From an uncultured Spirochaetales bacterium (GTDB taxonomy: Bacteria; Spirochaetota; Spirochaetia; DSM-27196; DATKUC01): DNA of 64,000 bases. Position 1 is the first letter of the stretch. Every line of letters starts with the position of its first letter. The stretch spans positions 95,592-159,591 of the forward strand of contig CAZKMA010000001.1 of the NCBI GenBank assembly GCA_964553615.1, in the 5' to 3' direction. Positions 25,202-34,243 of the stretch are shown here, piece after piece. Below the pieces are notes generated by a model. That model saw only the letters and a list, made by a program, of their open reading frames with translations, was not told the origin of the DNA and made no database searches. A program made the position numbers and the translations under genes.

Positions 25202-25483
25202 ATGGACCAGCGACATACAGAGAAGACTCTCGCGCGTTTGCGACGGATTGAAGGTCAGATCCGCGGGATTCACAAGATGCTTGAAGAGGACCGGTACTGC
25301 GTTGATATCCTTACCCAGACAAGCGCTGTCATTGCCGCGCTGCACGGCGTGGAAGACCTCGTCATGGAAAACCATCTGAATACCTGTGTCGCAGATGCCA
25401 TGAAGAGCAACGATCCGGATGAGAAACGGGAGAAGATCGATGAGGTCATGACCGTAATAACGAAGTTTCGCAAGCACGGATAG
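25202..25483 (+). CDS. csoR: CsoR/RcnR-family metal-sensing repressor with the Cu(I)-type x-C-H-C ligand fingerprint
   Basis: TLARLRRIEGQIRGIHKMLEEDRYCVDILTQ...ENHLNTCV. The Cys in RYC plus H-x3-C gives the CsoR copper-sensor pattern. 93 aa. Confidence 0.88.
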   Translation: MDQRHTEKTLARLRRIEGQIRGIHKMLEEDRYCVDILTQTSAVIAALHGVEDLVMENHLNTCVADAMKSNDPDEKREKIDEVMTVITKFRKHG

Positions 25484-25627
25484 GAGGCAACGGAGGAGTT
25501 GTTCACTCCGAATGCCTTTCGTGAAAAGGAACACGTCCGGCCGATCTGACCTGACGTGTTCCTGAAAGCGCGACGGTATGAGAGCCTCCTGAACCGATCC
25601 GCGGTTGATGAGCTCTTGCCGAAGGGC

Positions 25628-26170
25628 CTAATTGCCCAGCTGTCGCAAGAATGAACTCAGGTGATTTCTGCTACCCGCCTCCAGATTGCTGAAGACAGCG
25701 AGGATATCGGTCTTGTCTGTACGTGAACTTGCCGCCTGCAGGTCGCTGATGTCCAGTTCTTCGATGAGTTTCCCGACATTCAATGCCGACTCGATGCTGC
25801 CCGAACCCTGATCCACCAGGCGGGTGTAGAGTTCCTGAAGCGCCGGATCAGTAAACACGCCGCGATCTGCCGCAGGATAGGGAAGCCCGTAACTATCCAG
25901 TAGAGCGAGTATTCTGTCCATGTGCTGCTGTTCACTCTGGGCAATATTCGCAAAAATCTTCAGATTCCAGTTTTCATAAAGCGCCAGGTATACATCCCGT
26001 GCGAGCTTTTCTTCCTCACTCATGTACCGAAGGTCGGTCAATTCTGTCGGTGAGAGTGCACTTGCCGACACTGTTGTTTCGGCCGAAAGTTGCGGAAGCG
26101 ACAGCGGCATGACCGCGAGTAAGAGTCCGAAGGTCAGAATGGACATCGCCCTTGTCATCGATTTTTTCAT
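25628..26170 (-). CDS. Secreted DUF2202-type ferritin-like protein
   Basis: Trimmed to MKKSMTRAMSILTFGLLLAVMPLSL... (GAAGGAG SD). LRYMSEEEKLARDVYLALYENWNLKIFANIAQSEQQHMD is characteristic of DUF2202. Confidence 0.7.
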   Translation of the reverse strand: MKKSMTRAMSILTFGLLLAVMPLSLPQLSAETTVSASALSPTELTDLRYMSEEEKLARDVYLALYENWNLKIFANIAQSEQQHMDRILALLDSYGLPYPAADRGVFTDPALQELYTRLVDQGSGSIESALNVGKLIEELDISDLQAASSRTDKTDILAVFSNLEAGSRNHLSSFLRQLGN

Positions 26171-26289
26171 TTTTTTCTCCTTCTGTCTGTGACATCTACA
26201 CATTAGCAAGAAGCGGGCCAAGATCCGAGCGTTCTGGGGCCGGAGGCGGCACGCGATTCAATGGGGTCGGGGTAATGAGTTCCTGTCCG

Positions 26290-26634
26290 CTACAGGTGGG
26301 AAATATTTGCTCGCTGTGGGAGCCCGGATCCCGCGGGTCGGGATTCGGGGCGCGTGGTTTCTTCGAGCATGGTGAGATAGGCGAAAGCTTCAGCATCGGT
26401 GTTGCCGCACATCTCCTGCGACGGGTTCAGGTTCGTACAGGCAGCCGGGCGTTCGGGTTTCTCGAATAGCCTGCACAAGTTATTGTCGGTGAGCTGGACA
26501 CAGCGGACCCCTGCGGGCTTGCCCACCGGCCGTCCATTCACGATGGTTGGCTCCATACCGGGGATGGGAGAGGAAATTGAAATCACAATGCAGCATGCGC
26601 CGCAGCCGGGTCTGCACCTCATTGGTACAGTCAA
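26290..26634 (-). CDS. YkgJ-family cysteine-cluster (putative Zn/Fe-chelating) protein
   Basis: N-terminal CRPGCGACC cluster plus downstream C...C residues. About 110 aa. The start is TTG 26634 or ATG 26622. Confidence 0.65.
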   Translation of the reverse strand: MTVPMRCRPGCGACCIVISISSPIPGMEPTIVNGRPVGKPAGVRCVQLTDNNLCRLFEKPERPAACTNLNPSQEMCGNTDAEAFAYLTMLEETTRPESRPAGSGLPQRANISHL

Positions 26635-26786
26635 CCGGGGAATCTGATCTCGGTCAAGTGTTCTTTCCGTCGGGCGTGAGTCCAGGCGGGCTACCCACAG
26701 CAGTTGCAGTATCTGCCATTCCCGGTCCCGAACGGCACGGATTCCGTCGACTCGATGTGCACGCTGACCGCGTCTTCGAGTCCGAG

Positions 26787-28499
26787 TTACCGTACCTTCG
26801 GCACCAGCGCAACGAGCTCGCCTGCGTTGACCCCGGCCGCGGCATGAACGGCATCCTGGACGCTCCGGGCCATCGATACAAACATGTCCGGATGCGCTTT
26901 CACGTATTCGCCCAGGGCAGCGTTCTTGAAGTCCAAGTCCTTCGACAACGACGCGAGCACTCTGCCGCGATAGTATTTTTTTACTTCGTCGACGCGTTGC
27001 TGCATGAGGTATGCCTGGAACTCGTTGATGACCAGATAGTCATCTTTGGCGTTGTATTCGCGACGTCCCAGGAAGATCCGAAAAAACTTCTGTTGCTGGG
27101 CGGGAAGCGCGTTCCATATCCTGTGGACTGCATCACGGTAGCCGGGATGCGTGAAATAGATGCCGTGGTAGCCTTCATGGGTCAGCAGAATGTAGCGCAA
27201 CCAGTAGGGGTCATTCTGTGAAAAACCGATGATTGCACCCTTTCCAGCTGCGAATCCGTCCGCCGTGCGGACAATGATGCCATTTGCGACAAGGATGTCC
27301 TGAAGCGAGATTTCTTCGGGATTCAACGGGAAATGCTGACTCTGCGCCATCGTGAAGAATGCCGCGAGGTCTTTCGGCCGGTAGTCGTGGGCGTTCCAGC
27401 CGTGGAGCGGGGATATTACGTAGTTTGGCCAGAGTTTTCCCGCATAGCCCGCCTTCTCGACGAAGTATGCGAGTCGCTTGAGATATTTCGATTGAACAGC
27501 GAGGGTTCGAAAGTCAAACACAAGAACCGACGGAGCGAGGCTCCACGAGAAAACCTCGTAGTCTTTCTGTCTCCAATGATCGGGGGAGTAGGTCAGGATG
27601 GTTCCGAAGTTCGCGGGAACGGGGCTCGATCCTCCGCCGAATGGTCTGGCTTCTACCGACTCGACACTGAATCCGGAAGCCGCCGAGACGAGAGTGATCT
27701 GTTCCGGATTTATTCCGACGCTTGCAGTGTAAAAATAGAGTGTGTGATTGCCGTCCTGCGGATAGAGGGAGAACTGGCGCGTGTTCGTCCCATCTCCCAC
27801 CGTTATGTGTATGTCCGCTCCCGAGCCCGAATAGGAGTATTTCAGCGCGAGCTGTGCCTGACCGGTTCCAAGGCCCTTGAGCAGCTTCGCGAAAGAGAGC
27901 TCATAGGTCGTCTGTGAACCGTCCAGGCTTTCCTTTAGTCCTACGCCGTCCCTGATGAGCAGGTTGCCGGTACCGAGGCGGACGCCGGGATAGTCCGGTA
28001 CGAGTGCAGCAGCATGCACGTGGACCGTAGCGTTCTGATCCGTACTGGTAATGCGGAACTTGTTGACGTCGGTGCCGTCCGGAAGTGGCAGCAGAAAGGT
28101 GACCGGTTCGGGTTTGCTGAGAACCGGAAGGATTGCGGTCATCTCACGGCTCTGCTTGGTCTGCGGATCCGTGAGGAAGACGTGAAGGGCGATGGCTGAC
28201 CCCTGTGCCGTGTAGGTCAGGGAAAAGCTCTTTGTCCGGTTGGCAACGGCCACCGGCTGTTTCAAGCCGAATAGCGCGGTTCGTAGCCCATCAGTCGTGC
28301 CAGGCAGGAACTCGCCCTGCGCTCCTTTCGGAACACGCGAATCTGCGTTGAGCGCAACCATCCGGCCGCCTGCTTCGAATGTAAAATCCTGCACAGGATG
28401 CGCGCACCCGAGCACCGTAGCAGAAACCAGAATCGCCGTGAGGAGAAGGCGAAAAAACACGCGGTAGCGTTTACTATGAAGACTGTCTGTACGTGTCAC
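26787..28499 (-). CDS. Hypothetical lipoprotein with a C-terminal HExxH motif (candidate metallopeptidase)
   Basis: The ORF starts at GTG 28499 or 28460, giving ...RYRVFFRLLLTAILVSATVLGC|AHP (lipobox). The C-terminal region contains LLTHEGYHGIYF (HEGYH) followed by NEFQAYL. I recognise no family. Confidence 0.55.
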   Translation of the reverse strand: MTRTDSLHSKRYRVFFRLLLTAILVSATVLGCAHPVQDFTFEAGGRMVALNADSRVPKGAQGEFLPGTTDGLRTALFGLKQPVAVANRTKSFSLTYTAQGSAIALHVFLTDPQTKQSREMTAILPVLSKPEPVTFLLPLPDGTDVNKFRITSTDQNATVHVHAAALVPDYPGVRLGTGNLLIRDGVGLKESLDGSQTTYELSFAKLLKGLGTGQAQLALKYSYSGSGADIHITVGDGTNTRQFSLYPQDGNHTLYFYTASVGINPEQITLVSAASGFSVESVEARPFGGGSSPVPANFGTILTYSPDHWRQKDYEVFSWSLAPSVLVFDFRTLAVQSKYLKRLAYFVEKAGYAGKLWPNYVISPLHGWNAHDYRPKDLAAFFTMAQSQHFPLNPEEISLQDILVANGIIVRTADGFAAGKGAIIGFSQNDPYWLRYILLTHEGYHGIYFTHPGYRDAVHRIWNALPAQQQKFFRIFLGRREYNAKDDYLVINEFQAYLMQQRVDEVKKYYRGRVLASLSKDLDFKNAALGEYVKAHPDMFVSMARSVQDAVHAAAGVNAGELVALVPKVR

Positions 28500-28667
28500 G
28501 CACGCGATGGTATCACAACCGGCACACCCGGCGTAAGGCCCCGAACGTGCAAGAATGAAGGGTGTGTTGCACTGCAACCGCTCTGCCCGGCAATATATTT
28601 GAAGAGAGGTCAGTTGAGTAATCTGCAGGGGCCTGGGACTCGTACTATTCCGGGAGAAGGAGTTTCA

Positions 28668-29210
28668 ATGTTCGGCATTGTGTTATCGCGGATACGCGTT
28701 GGAGCGGCTGCACTGGTGTTCATTCTTCTTTCTGCGGCAGCTGCGGCAGCCGCGCCGGCGGGTCATGTCGACTGGTTGAAACCCTCAGACGGCCCCTATC
28801 CGGTCCTGCATCCGGGCGATCCGATCTCCATCCATGTTTCGATCTCCCGCCAGCGGGTGTATATCATGCGCGGCAAGCGGGTGATATACACCATGACCGC
28901 GTCCACCGGACTGGAAAATCCGAAGGACGACGCGACACCGCAGGGCGTGTTCTATATCCAGCGCGAGCGCGGGCTTTCATTCTATGCACCATCCGAACAC
29001 GAAGGCGCGCGCTACTGGGTGTCGTGGCTTCATCACGGCGAATACCTGTTTCATTCAGTGCCAGTGAATCGAAACGGGGAAATTATCCGGAGCGAGGCTG
29101 AAAAGCTCGGTCGCGAGGCATCGCATGGCTGCGTTCGGCTTACGGTTCCCGATGCACGCTGGTTTTACCGTCATATTCCCTATCACACCAAGGTGGTTAT
29201 CGGGCAATAG
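28668..29210 (+). CDS. L,D-transpeptidase (YkuD domain)
   Basis: Trimmed to ATG 28668 (GGAGAAGGAG SD) with a signal peptide. The catalytic motif is HGCVRL, preceded by YLFHSVP. Confidence 0.88.
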   Translation: MFGIVLSRIRVGAAALVFILLSAAAAAAAPAGHVDWLKPSDGPYPVLHPGDPISIHVSISRQRVYIMRGKRVIYTMTASTGLENPKDDATPQGVFYIQRERGLSFYAPSEHEGARYWVSWLHHGEYLFHSVPVNRNGEIIRSEAEKLGREASHGCVRLTVPDARWFYRHIPYHTKVVIGQ

Positions 29211-29238
29211 GCTCGGTTGATCCCTTCGAATCAACTGC

Positions 29239-30192
29239 TCACTGCCGCGGAAGAACTGTGGCGGGGTCGGTGAGCACTCCGCTGTCAAAGTACATGTAAT
29301 TTATCGGGCCTCCGGCTTTCCCGACTACCTGCCCTGCGCGCGCCACCGACCCGGTGGACTCGGTCACCGCCGCCAGTCCTGAAAGGAGAATTGTCTGCTC
29401 TGTGTGCCGGTTTGTGATCTGGATACGAAGGCCAAGCACGGTGTCTTTGAACACGCGTACTTCGCCGGTCATCGGGGCTACAACGTTCTCGGACCCGCCG
29501 GTCTTTTCAGACGCAGGCGAGAGTTCGATTGATGCAAGGTCACGATTCACCGACTGTGAGCTCTTGAAGGATCGTATGATTGAGTAGCCGCGGCCCAATG
29601 GGGCAATGTGAGGCGTGTCGGCCGGATACGGCGAGAAGGACAACTGTCTGTATCCGAATCCGAACTCCTCTTTTATCCACTCGGCTGCATTCACGTCGTT
29701 TTTCCAGTACATGCCGTTGTGCCAGCGGGACGCAATGGAGAAGTGCAAATGAGGTTCGAGGTACTGCGCCCACCTGCCGGTGCGTCCTACTGTTCCGAGC
29801 GTCTCCCCGGCATATACCCGCACTGCGGTGGTAATCCATGTGTCGTGCAGATGGGCATAGTAGTACTGTCGACCGTCATCTCCCCGCAGGATCAGCGCCG
29901 TACCGCCAAGCTGGTTGTCGGCCGGAAACGCGGTTCCCGATATCACCGCAACCACATGGTACTGACTGAACGCGGCGCGGAGTGGCGAACTCGAGGCGAG
30001 TTCAGGCGCTATTCCGATGTCTACTGCATTTCCTCCGTCCCAGTGGATATGGGTCCAGCTCATGATAGAAACGTTGCCCGAGACCGGGAACGCGTACTTC
30101 CGGTTGTGGGAAAAGTGCACTGCTGCGCCCGCGCTTGCATGTGCGAGGGTAGCCAGGGTGAAGAACAGCACGGGCATCAGGCGTAGGTTCAT
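29239..30192 (-). CDS. M23-family (LytM-type) metallopeptidase
   Basis: Trimmed to MNLRLMPVLFFTLATLAHASA (signal peptide). It has HWDGGNAVDI (HxxxD) and PHLHFSI (HxH) zinc motifs, plus an extra C-terminal barrel-like domain. Confidence 0.82.
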   Translation of the reverse strand: MNLRLMPVLFFTLATLAHASAGAAVHFSHNRKYAFPVSGNVSIMSWTHIHWDGGNAVDIGIAPELASSSPLRAAFSQYHVVAVISGTAFPADNQLGGTALILRGDDGRQYYYAHLHDTWITTAVRVYAGETLGTVGRTGRWAQYLEPHLHFSIASRWHNGMYWKNDVNAAEWIKEEFGFGYRQLSFSPYPADTPHIAPLGRGYSIIRSFKSSQSVNRDLASIELSPASEKTGGSENVVAPMTGEVRVFKDTVLGLRIQITNRHTEQTILLSGLAAVTESTGSVARAGQVVGKAGGPINYMYFDSGVLTDPATVLPRQ

Positions 30193-30274
30193 ACATAGAT
30201 TTTCGTTCGGGAACCGGCGATACTTGACCCGGTTCATGCGAGGAGTCCGGCGGTATCGCCGACCCCGAACCGGT

Positions 30275-30871
30275 TCACCCGTGATGCACCGCGGCGCCAT
30301 CGAGAAATATGGACACAATCTGTTGAACAAGCGTTGTCAGGGAGCCTTCCGGGTCTTTGCCGTTCCCGTAGAAGAACGGGTACATCATTCCGAGCAGGAC
30401 CCATGTACCGGTCCGGGTATCCATGGGGCGGAGCTCACCGTTGGCGACTCCCTGTTGCAGAATGGATTCTATCCGTTCAATGAATTTCCGGTGGTACACC
30501 TCATTGAATCGGCTGCGCTTCTCCGGATCGAGCTTTCCCATCTCCTGGCTCGCAAGGCGCATAACCGCACGCTGGTCGGGTGGTTCCGAAAAGATCATTT
30601 CCACAAGTCGCGCTATCTGTTGACGGCAATTGCAGTCGGTTCCAAGACTCTGGGCTATCAGCCCTTCCATCCTGTCCAGGTAGCTGTCGAGAATTGCCAC
30701 CATGAGGTCCTGTTTGTCTTTGAAGTGGTAGTACAGAGCTGCCTTTGAAACTCCGAGCGATTCGGCAATCTGTCGCATGGAGATGCCGTTGTACCCGGCC
30801 TCCACGAACATGACCGTTGCACTTTCGATTGCCCGTTGTCGCAGAGTGTGCGGCGCTTCAGCGGTATTCAT
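30275..30871 (-). CDS. TetR/AcrR-family transcriptional regulator
   Basis: The N-terminal HTH GYNGISMRQIAESLGVSKAALYYHFKDKQDL is canonical for TetR. Confidence 0.9.
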   Translation of the reverse strand: MNTAEAPHTLRQRAIESATVMFVEAGYNGISMRQIAESLGVSKAALYYHFKDKQDLMVAILDSYLDRMEGLIAQSLGTDCNCRQQIARLVEMIFSEPPDQRAVMRLASQEMGKLDPEKRSRFNEVYHRKFIERIESILQQGVANGELRPMDTRTGTWVLLGMMYPFFYGNGKDPEGSLTTLVQQIVSIFLDGAAVHHG

Positions 30872-30885
30872 TGTTCGCCTCCCCG

Positions 30886-32289
30886 TCAGTGTACCTCTTG
30901 TGCTTCAGAGCTCTGTTCCGCAGTGGAGGATTCTGCCACCCGGTGTTTCAGGCCGGCTGCAACCGCGATCATCAGTACGCTCACTATCCCCATGATCAGA
31001 AATGCTCGTGTGTACCCGGCTCCGCTTCCTCCACCGGAGGCAGCAACGGCTCCTATCACCGACGCCCCGAACAGCTGTCCCGTACTCGTGAAGATGGTGA
31101 CGGCCCCTTGTGCTGCAGATCGGTCCTGCGCGCTCACCTCGTTCAGCGTGATGTATCGGATTGGCGCGCCAAGCAGTGTTGACAACCCCAGCCCAACAAG
31201 GGCGCCATCTACCATGAACATGGAAAGCGATCCGGACGTTGTAGACAGGAGGATCATTCCTGCCGCAGTAATGACCAGTCCGGTCAGTATGACAATTCTG
31301 GACCCGATTCCGTCAAGAAGCCGCCCCACGAGGGGAGAGCCGACCGCCATGGCAAGAACCACCGGCATGAGCAGAAAACTCGCCTGTCCAGGGCCGACAC
31401 CGGAGATTGTCGCAATGGCGAGCAGCGGCATGAACACCACGGCGGCTTCACCGAGCCCTGCTCCTGCGGTGAGCACATAACCGATTCGCAGTTGCCGCGA
31501 TGCGAACAGCGCCGCGGGCAGGATCGGGTTCCTGCTCCGCCGTTCCACGAGTGAGGCCAGGAAACCCACCACAACGGCTCCGGCAAGGAACGGGAGCACG
31601 GCCAGACTCACCACACTGTGAAAGAACTTCGCAGTATCGATGTTGTTCAGACCGTACACCAGTGATGCGAGGGCAAGCGAAACGAGAATCGTACCGGCCC
31701 AGTCGAACCCCGACTGACCGTCGCGTTTCTTTGACGGCAGGAGGCGCACGCCAAACACGAGTATTACAAGGGCAACGGGAATGTTGATGAGGAAGAGCCA
31801 GTGCCAGGTCGTTACGCTCAGGATAAATCCTGCCAGGGCAGGGCCTATGATAAATGCAAGGCCAAATACTGCGCCGATCAGGCCAAGCGCACGTCCGCGG
31901 CGCTCCTTCGGAAACGTATCACCAATTACCGCACTGGCAACCGGGAAAATACCACCGGCGCCGAAGCCCTGCACTGCCCGGCCAACCAGAACTACCAGGA
32001 ACGACGGCGCGGCCGCTACAATCAGTGAGCCCACCGCAAATAGCGCGAGGTCGATTGAATAGATGAGCCTTCGACCGGCGATGTCCGAGAGCTTGGCCAT
32101 GATGGGTGTGCCGATCAGATTGAACAAAACGTATGCAGAGAAGATCCAGGCAAGCGAACGATCTCCCGCGCCGGCAAATGTCGAGCGGATGGCCGGAAGA
32201 GCGGGGCCCACTATTGCTATGTCCAGTGCTCCCATCAGCACGCCGAAGAACAGCACGAGCAGTATCTGATTCAGGCGTTTTTTTTCCAT
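30886..32289 (-). CDS. MFS transporter, DHA2 (14-TMS, EmrB/QacA-like) family
   Basis: Trimmed to MEKKRLNQILLVLFFGVLMGALDIAIVGPALPAI. Also LSDIAGRRLIY and about 14 TM segments. GGAG SD. Confidence 0.85.
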   Translation of the reverse strand: MEKKRLNQILLVLFFGVLMGALDIAIVGPALPAIRSTFAGAGDRSLAWIFSAYVLFNLIGTPIMAKLSDIAGRRLIYSIDLALFAVGSLIVAAAPSFLVVLVGRAVQGFGAGGIFPVASAVIGDTFPKERRGRALGLIGAVFGLAFIIGPALAGFILSVTTWHWLFLINIPVALVILVFGVRLLPSKKRDGQSGFDWAGTILVSLALASLVYGLNNIDTAKFFHSVVSLAVLPFLAGAVVVGFLASLVERRSRNPILPAALFASRQLRIGYVLTAGAGLGEAAVVFMPLLAIATISGVGPGQASFLLMPVVLAMAVGSPLVGRLLDGIGSRIVILTGLVITAAGMILLSTTSGSLSMFMVDGALVGLGLSTLLGAPIRYITLNEVSAQDRSAAQGAVTIFTSTGQLFGASVIGAVAASGGGSGAGYTRAFLIMGIVSVLMIAVAAGLKHRVAESSTAEQSSEAQEVH

Positions 32290-32388
32290 AGGTATCTCCA
32301 GAAATGATTTCCCATTCCTTACTGACCGGTCGGTAAGGAGTGCTCTTCGAAGATACCGCCGCAATGGCTGACAGTCAAGACGTGCTCC

Positions 32389-32979
32389 CTACGCGGTTCG
32401 AAGATACCGGTAGAGGAAAAACGCCGGGATAATTGCAAGGGCTTTGTCTACGAGGTTCACGACAATGCGTGAGAACAGTGCCGCCGAGAAGACGCTCTGC
32501 CCGATTGCAATCAGCCCCGTAACTACATAGTCGATCTGGGCGCCGGAAGTTCCTCCGTAGACGATAGTGGCTATCATTGCCCCCAGCAACGCATTTGCCA
32601 GAGTTACGGCAATCAGGACAACGATCGCATGAAGGATCGTATTGAATCTCCCTGACTTGACGGCGTATCCGACTATCAGCGCGGTTGCGATGCTGCATAT
32701 TGACCACGGCCAGTAGAGTCCATTAAAGCCAAATCCCGCGTCTTCGAACACATTGGTCAACGCGCCGGTGAGCACGCCCGGCACTATGCCGAAGAGCGCT
32801 GAAGAGATGGCCGTGAATGTAGAATCCAGGAAAAATGGAAGGTGGAGGAGGAGATTGATTCGCTGCAGAATGGCATTCCCTGCCGCGAAAAGGACGGCAG
32901 CAACAATGACAAGAGACATCCTGCTGCGGATTCCCGAGTAGAGCATGTACGCTGGGCTCACCCCATTCGCTCTTTCCAT
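32389..32979 (-). CDS. Small polytopic membrane protein, ECF-transporter S-component-like
   Basis: 196 aa with about 6 TM segments. The glycine-rich helices and C-terminal VDKALAIIPAFFLYRYL resemble ECF substrate-capture subunits. The assignment is tentative. Confidence 0.45.
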   Translation of the reverse strand: MERANGVSPAYMLYSGIRSRMSLVIVAAVLFAAGNAILQRINLLLHLPFFLDSTFTAISSALFGIVPGVLTGALTNVFEDAGFGFNGLYWPWSICSIATALIVGYAVKSGRFNTILHAIVVLIAVTLANALLGAMIATIVYGGTSGAQIDYVVTGLIAIGQSVFSAALFSRIVVNLVDKALAIIPAFFLYRYLRTA

Positions 32980-33040
32980 TTCTGCTCCCAGAATACAGAG
33001 TATTTCTCAGTCGCTGCAAGTATGGTATCATGTATGACAA

Positions 33041-34243
33041 ATGACTACTCGGAGAGTTGTTCGGTCGACCCTGTTTGCCCTGGGCACTGCAGCCATGATC
33101 GGAATGGTAGTCGTGGTTTCTGTGTCCTATTCCTCTGTTCGCAATTCAATTCATCAGACTGAGCTTCAGTTGAGCGAGTCTCGCACTCGATGGGCTCGGG
33201 CAATGGCCTACATGTCCACGCCCGACATATTGAGTGCCGCCCATCGTTCCGAACGATTGCTCGTCCGACGTGCGTTCGATGGACTCGCCGCCGTCGAACG
33301 GGTTCGTTCGCTGCATTTTCTCGGACCGGATTATCCGAAGGTTGCCGGGGCCCTGCAGATTATCGAATCCGCACGGAATCGGGGCTACGCTGCGACACCG
33401 GTGTATCCGGCCAAAGCCGCAGTTGAGGTCGAGCGCGCCCTTTCTACCGTTTCCGCCGATTTCGGTCGCTATTCCCAATTACAGGAAGAGTACGTATCTC
33501 ATTTGAATACGTTTGTGCTTGTTGTGTCGGGCATTATTCTGGCTCTCTTCCTTCGCGGTGAGCGAAAGAATCGGAATCTCCGGCAAGCGGAACAGAAGGC
33601 GCGGCAGATGTCGCGATTTCTGCTCTCAGACTACGAGAGTAAAATGCATTCAGTTGCACTGGAGCTGCACGACGACATTGCACAGGAGATCTACCTTGCA
33701 TTGTCTGCAGATTCGGCCTCCCTGGTTCGACGTGAGCACCTGCAATCGGTGCTCGAAAAGGTGCGCGCTCTGTCGCAGGGTCTTCGACCGGGAGAAGTCG
33801 CATCCCTTTCGCTGAACGGAAGTCTTCAGTCATTATGCCGGAAGATTACGCGAACAACGCCGCTCAGCGTGACGTTCATCAGTTCGGAACTGGAACTATT
33901 CCAGCCGCCTTACGAGTCGCGGATCCAGATATATCGGATTGTTCAGGAATGTCTCATGAATGCCGTACGGCATTCCGGCGCGGGTACGGCAACTGTAGAG
34001 GCGCTGCTTCAGGAAGGCCAGTTCCTCGTTCGGGTTGAAGACAGCGGCAGCGGGTTCAGATTCGACGAGTCCAACCTCCATACCCATCCCGGCCTTGGAA
34101 TCAAGGGCATGTACGACCGGGCGTCCATCCTCGGCGGCACGGTATCCATCGATTCCGCGCCCGGCGCGGGAACGAGGGTGGAACTGCGGCTCTCCATTGG
34201 AGAGTTCTCGCGGGATCGTGCCGGACTGGACGGCAGTGGATGA
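33041..34243 (+). CDS. Membrane sensor histidine kinase, HisKA_3 (NarL-partner) type; no response regulator adjacent
   Basis: Two TM segments flank a periplasmic domain. The H-box is VALELHDDIAQEIY. The HATPase_c has NAVRHSGA and DSGSGF...GLGIKGMYDRASILGG. Confidence 0.85.
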   Translation: MTTRRVVRSTLFALGTAAMIGMVVVVSVSYSSVRNSIHQTELQLSESRTRWARAMAYMSTPDILSAAHRSERLLVRRAFDGLAAVERVRSLHFLGPDYPKVAGALQIIESARNRGYAATPVYPAKAAVEVERALSTVSADFGRYSQLQEEYVSHLNTFVLVVSGIILALFLRGERKNRNLRQAEQKARQMSRFLLSDYESKMHSVALELHDDIAQEIYLALSADSASLVRREHLQSVLEKVRALSQGLRPGEVASLSLNGSLQSLCRKITRTTPLSVTFISSELELFQPPYESRIQIYRIVQECLMNAVRHSGAGTATVEALLQEGQFLVRVEDSGSGFRFDESNLHTHPGLGIKGMYDRASILGGTVSIDSAPGAGTRVELRLSIGEFSRDRAGLDGSG

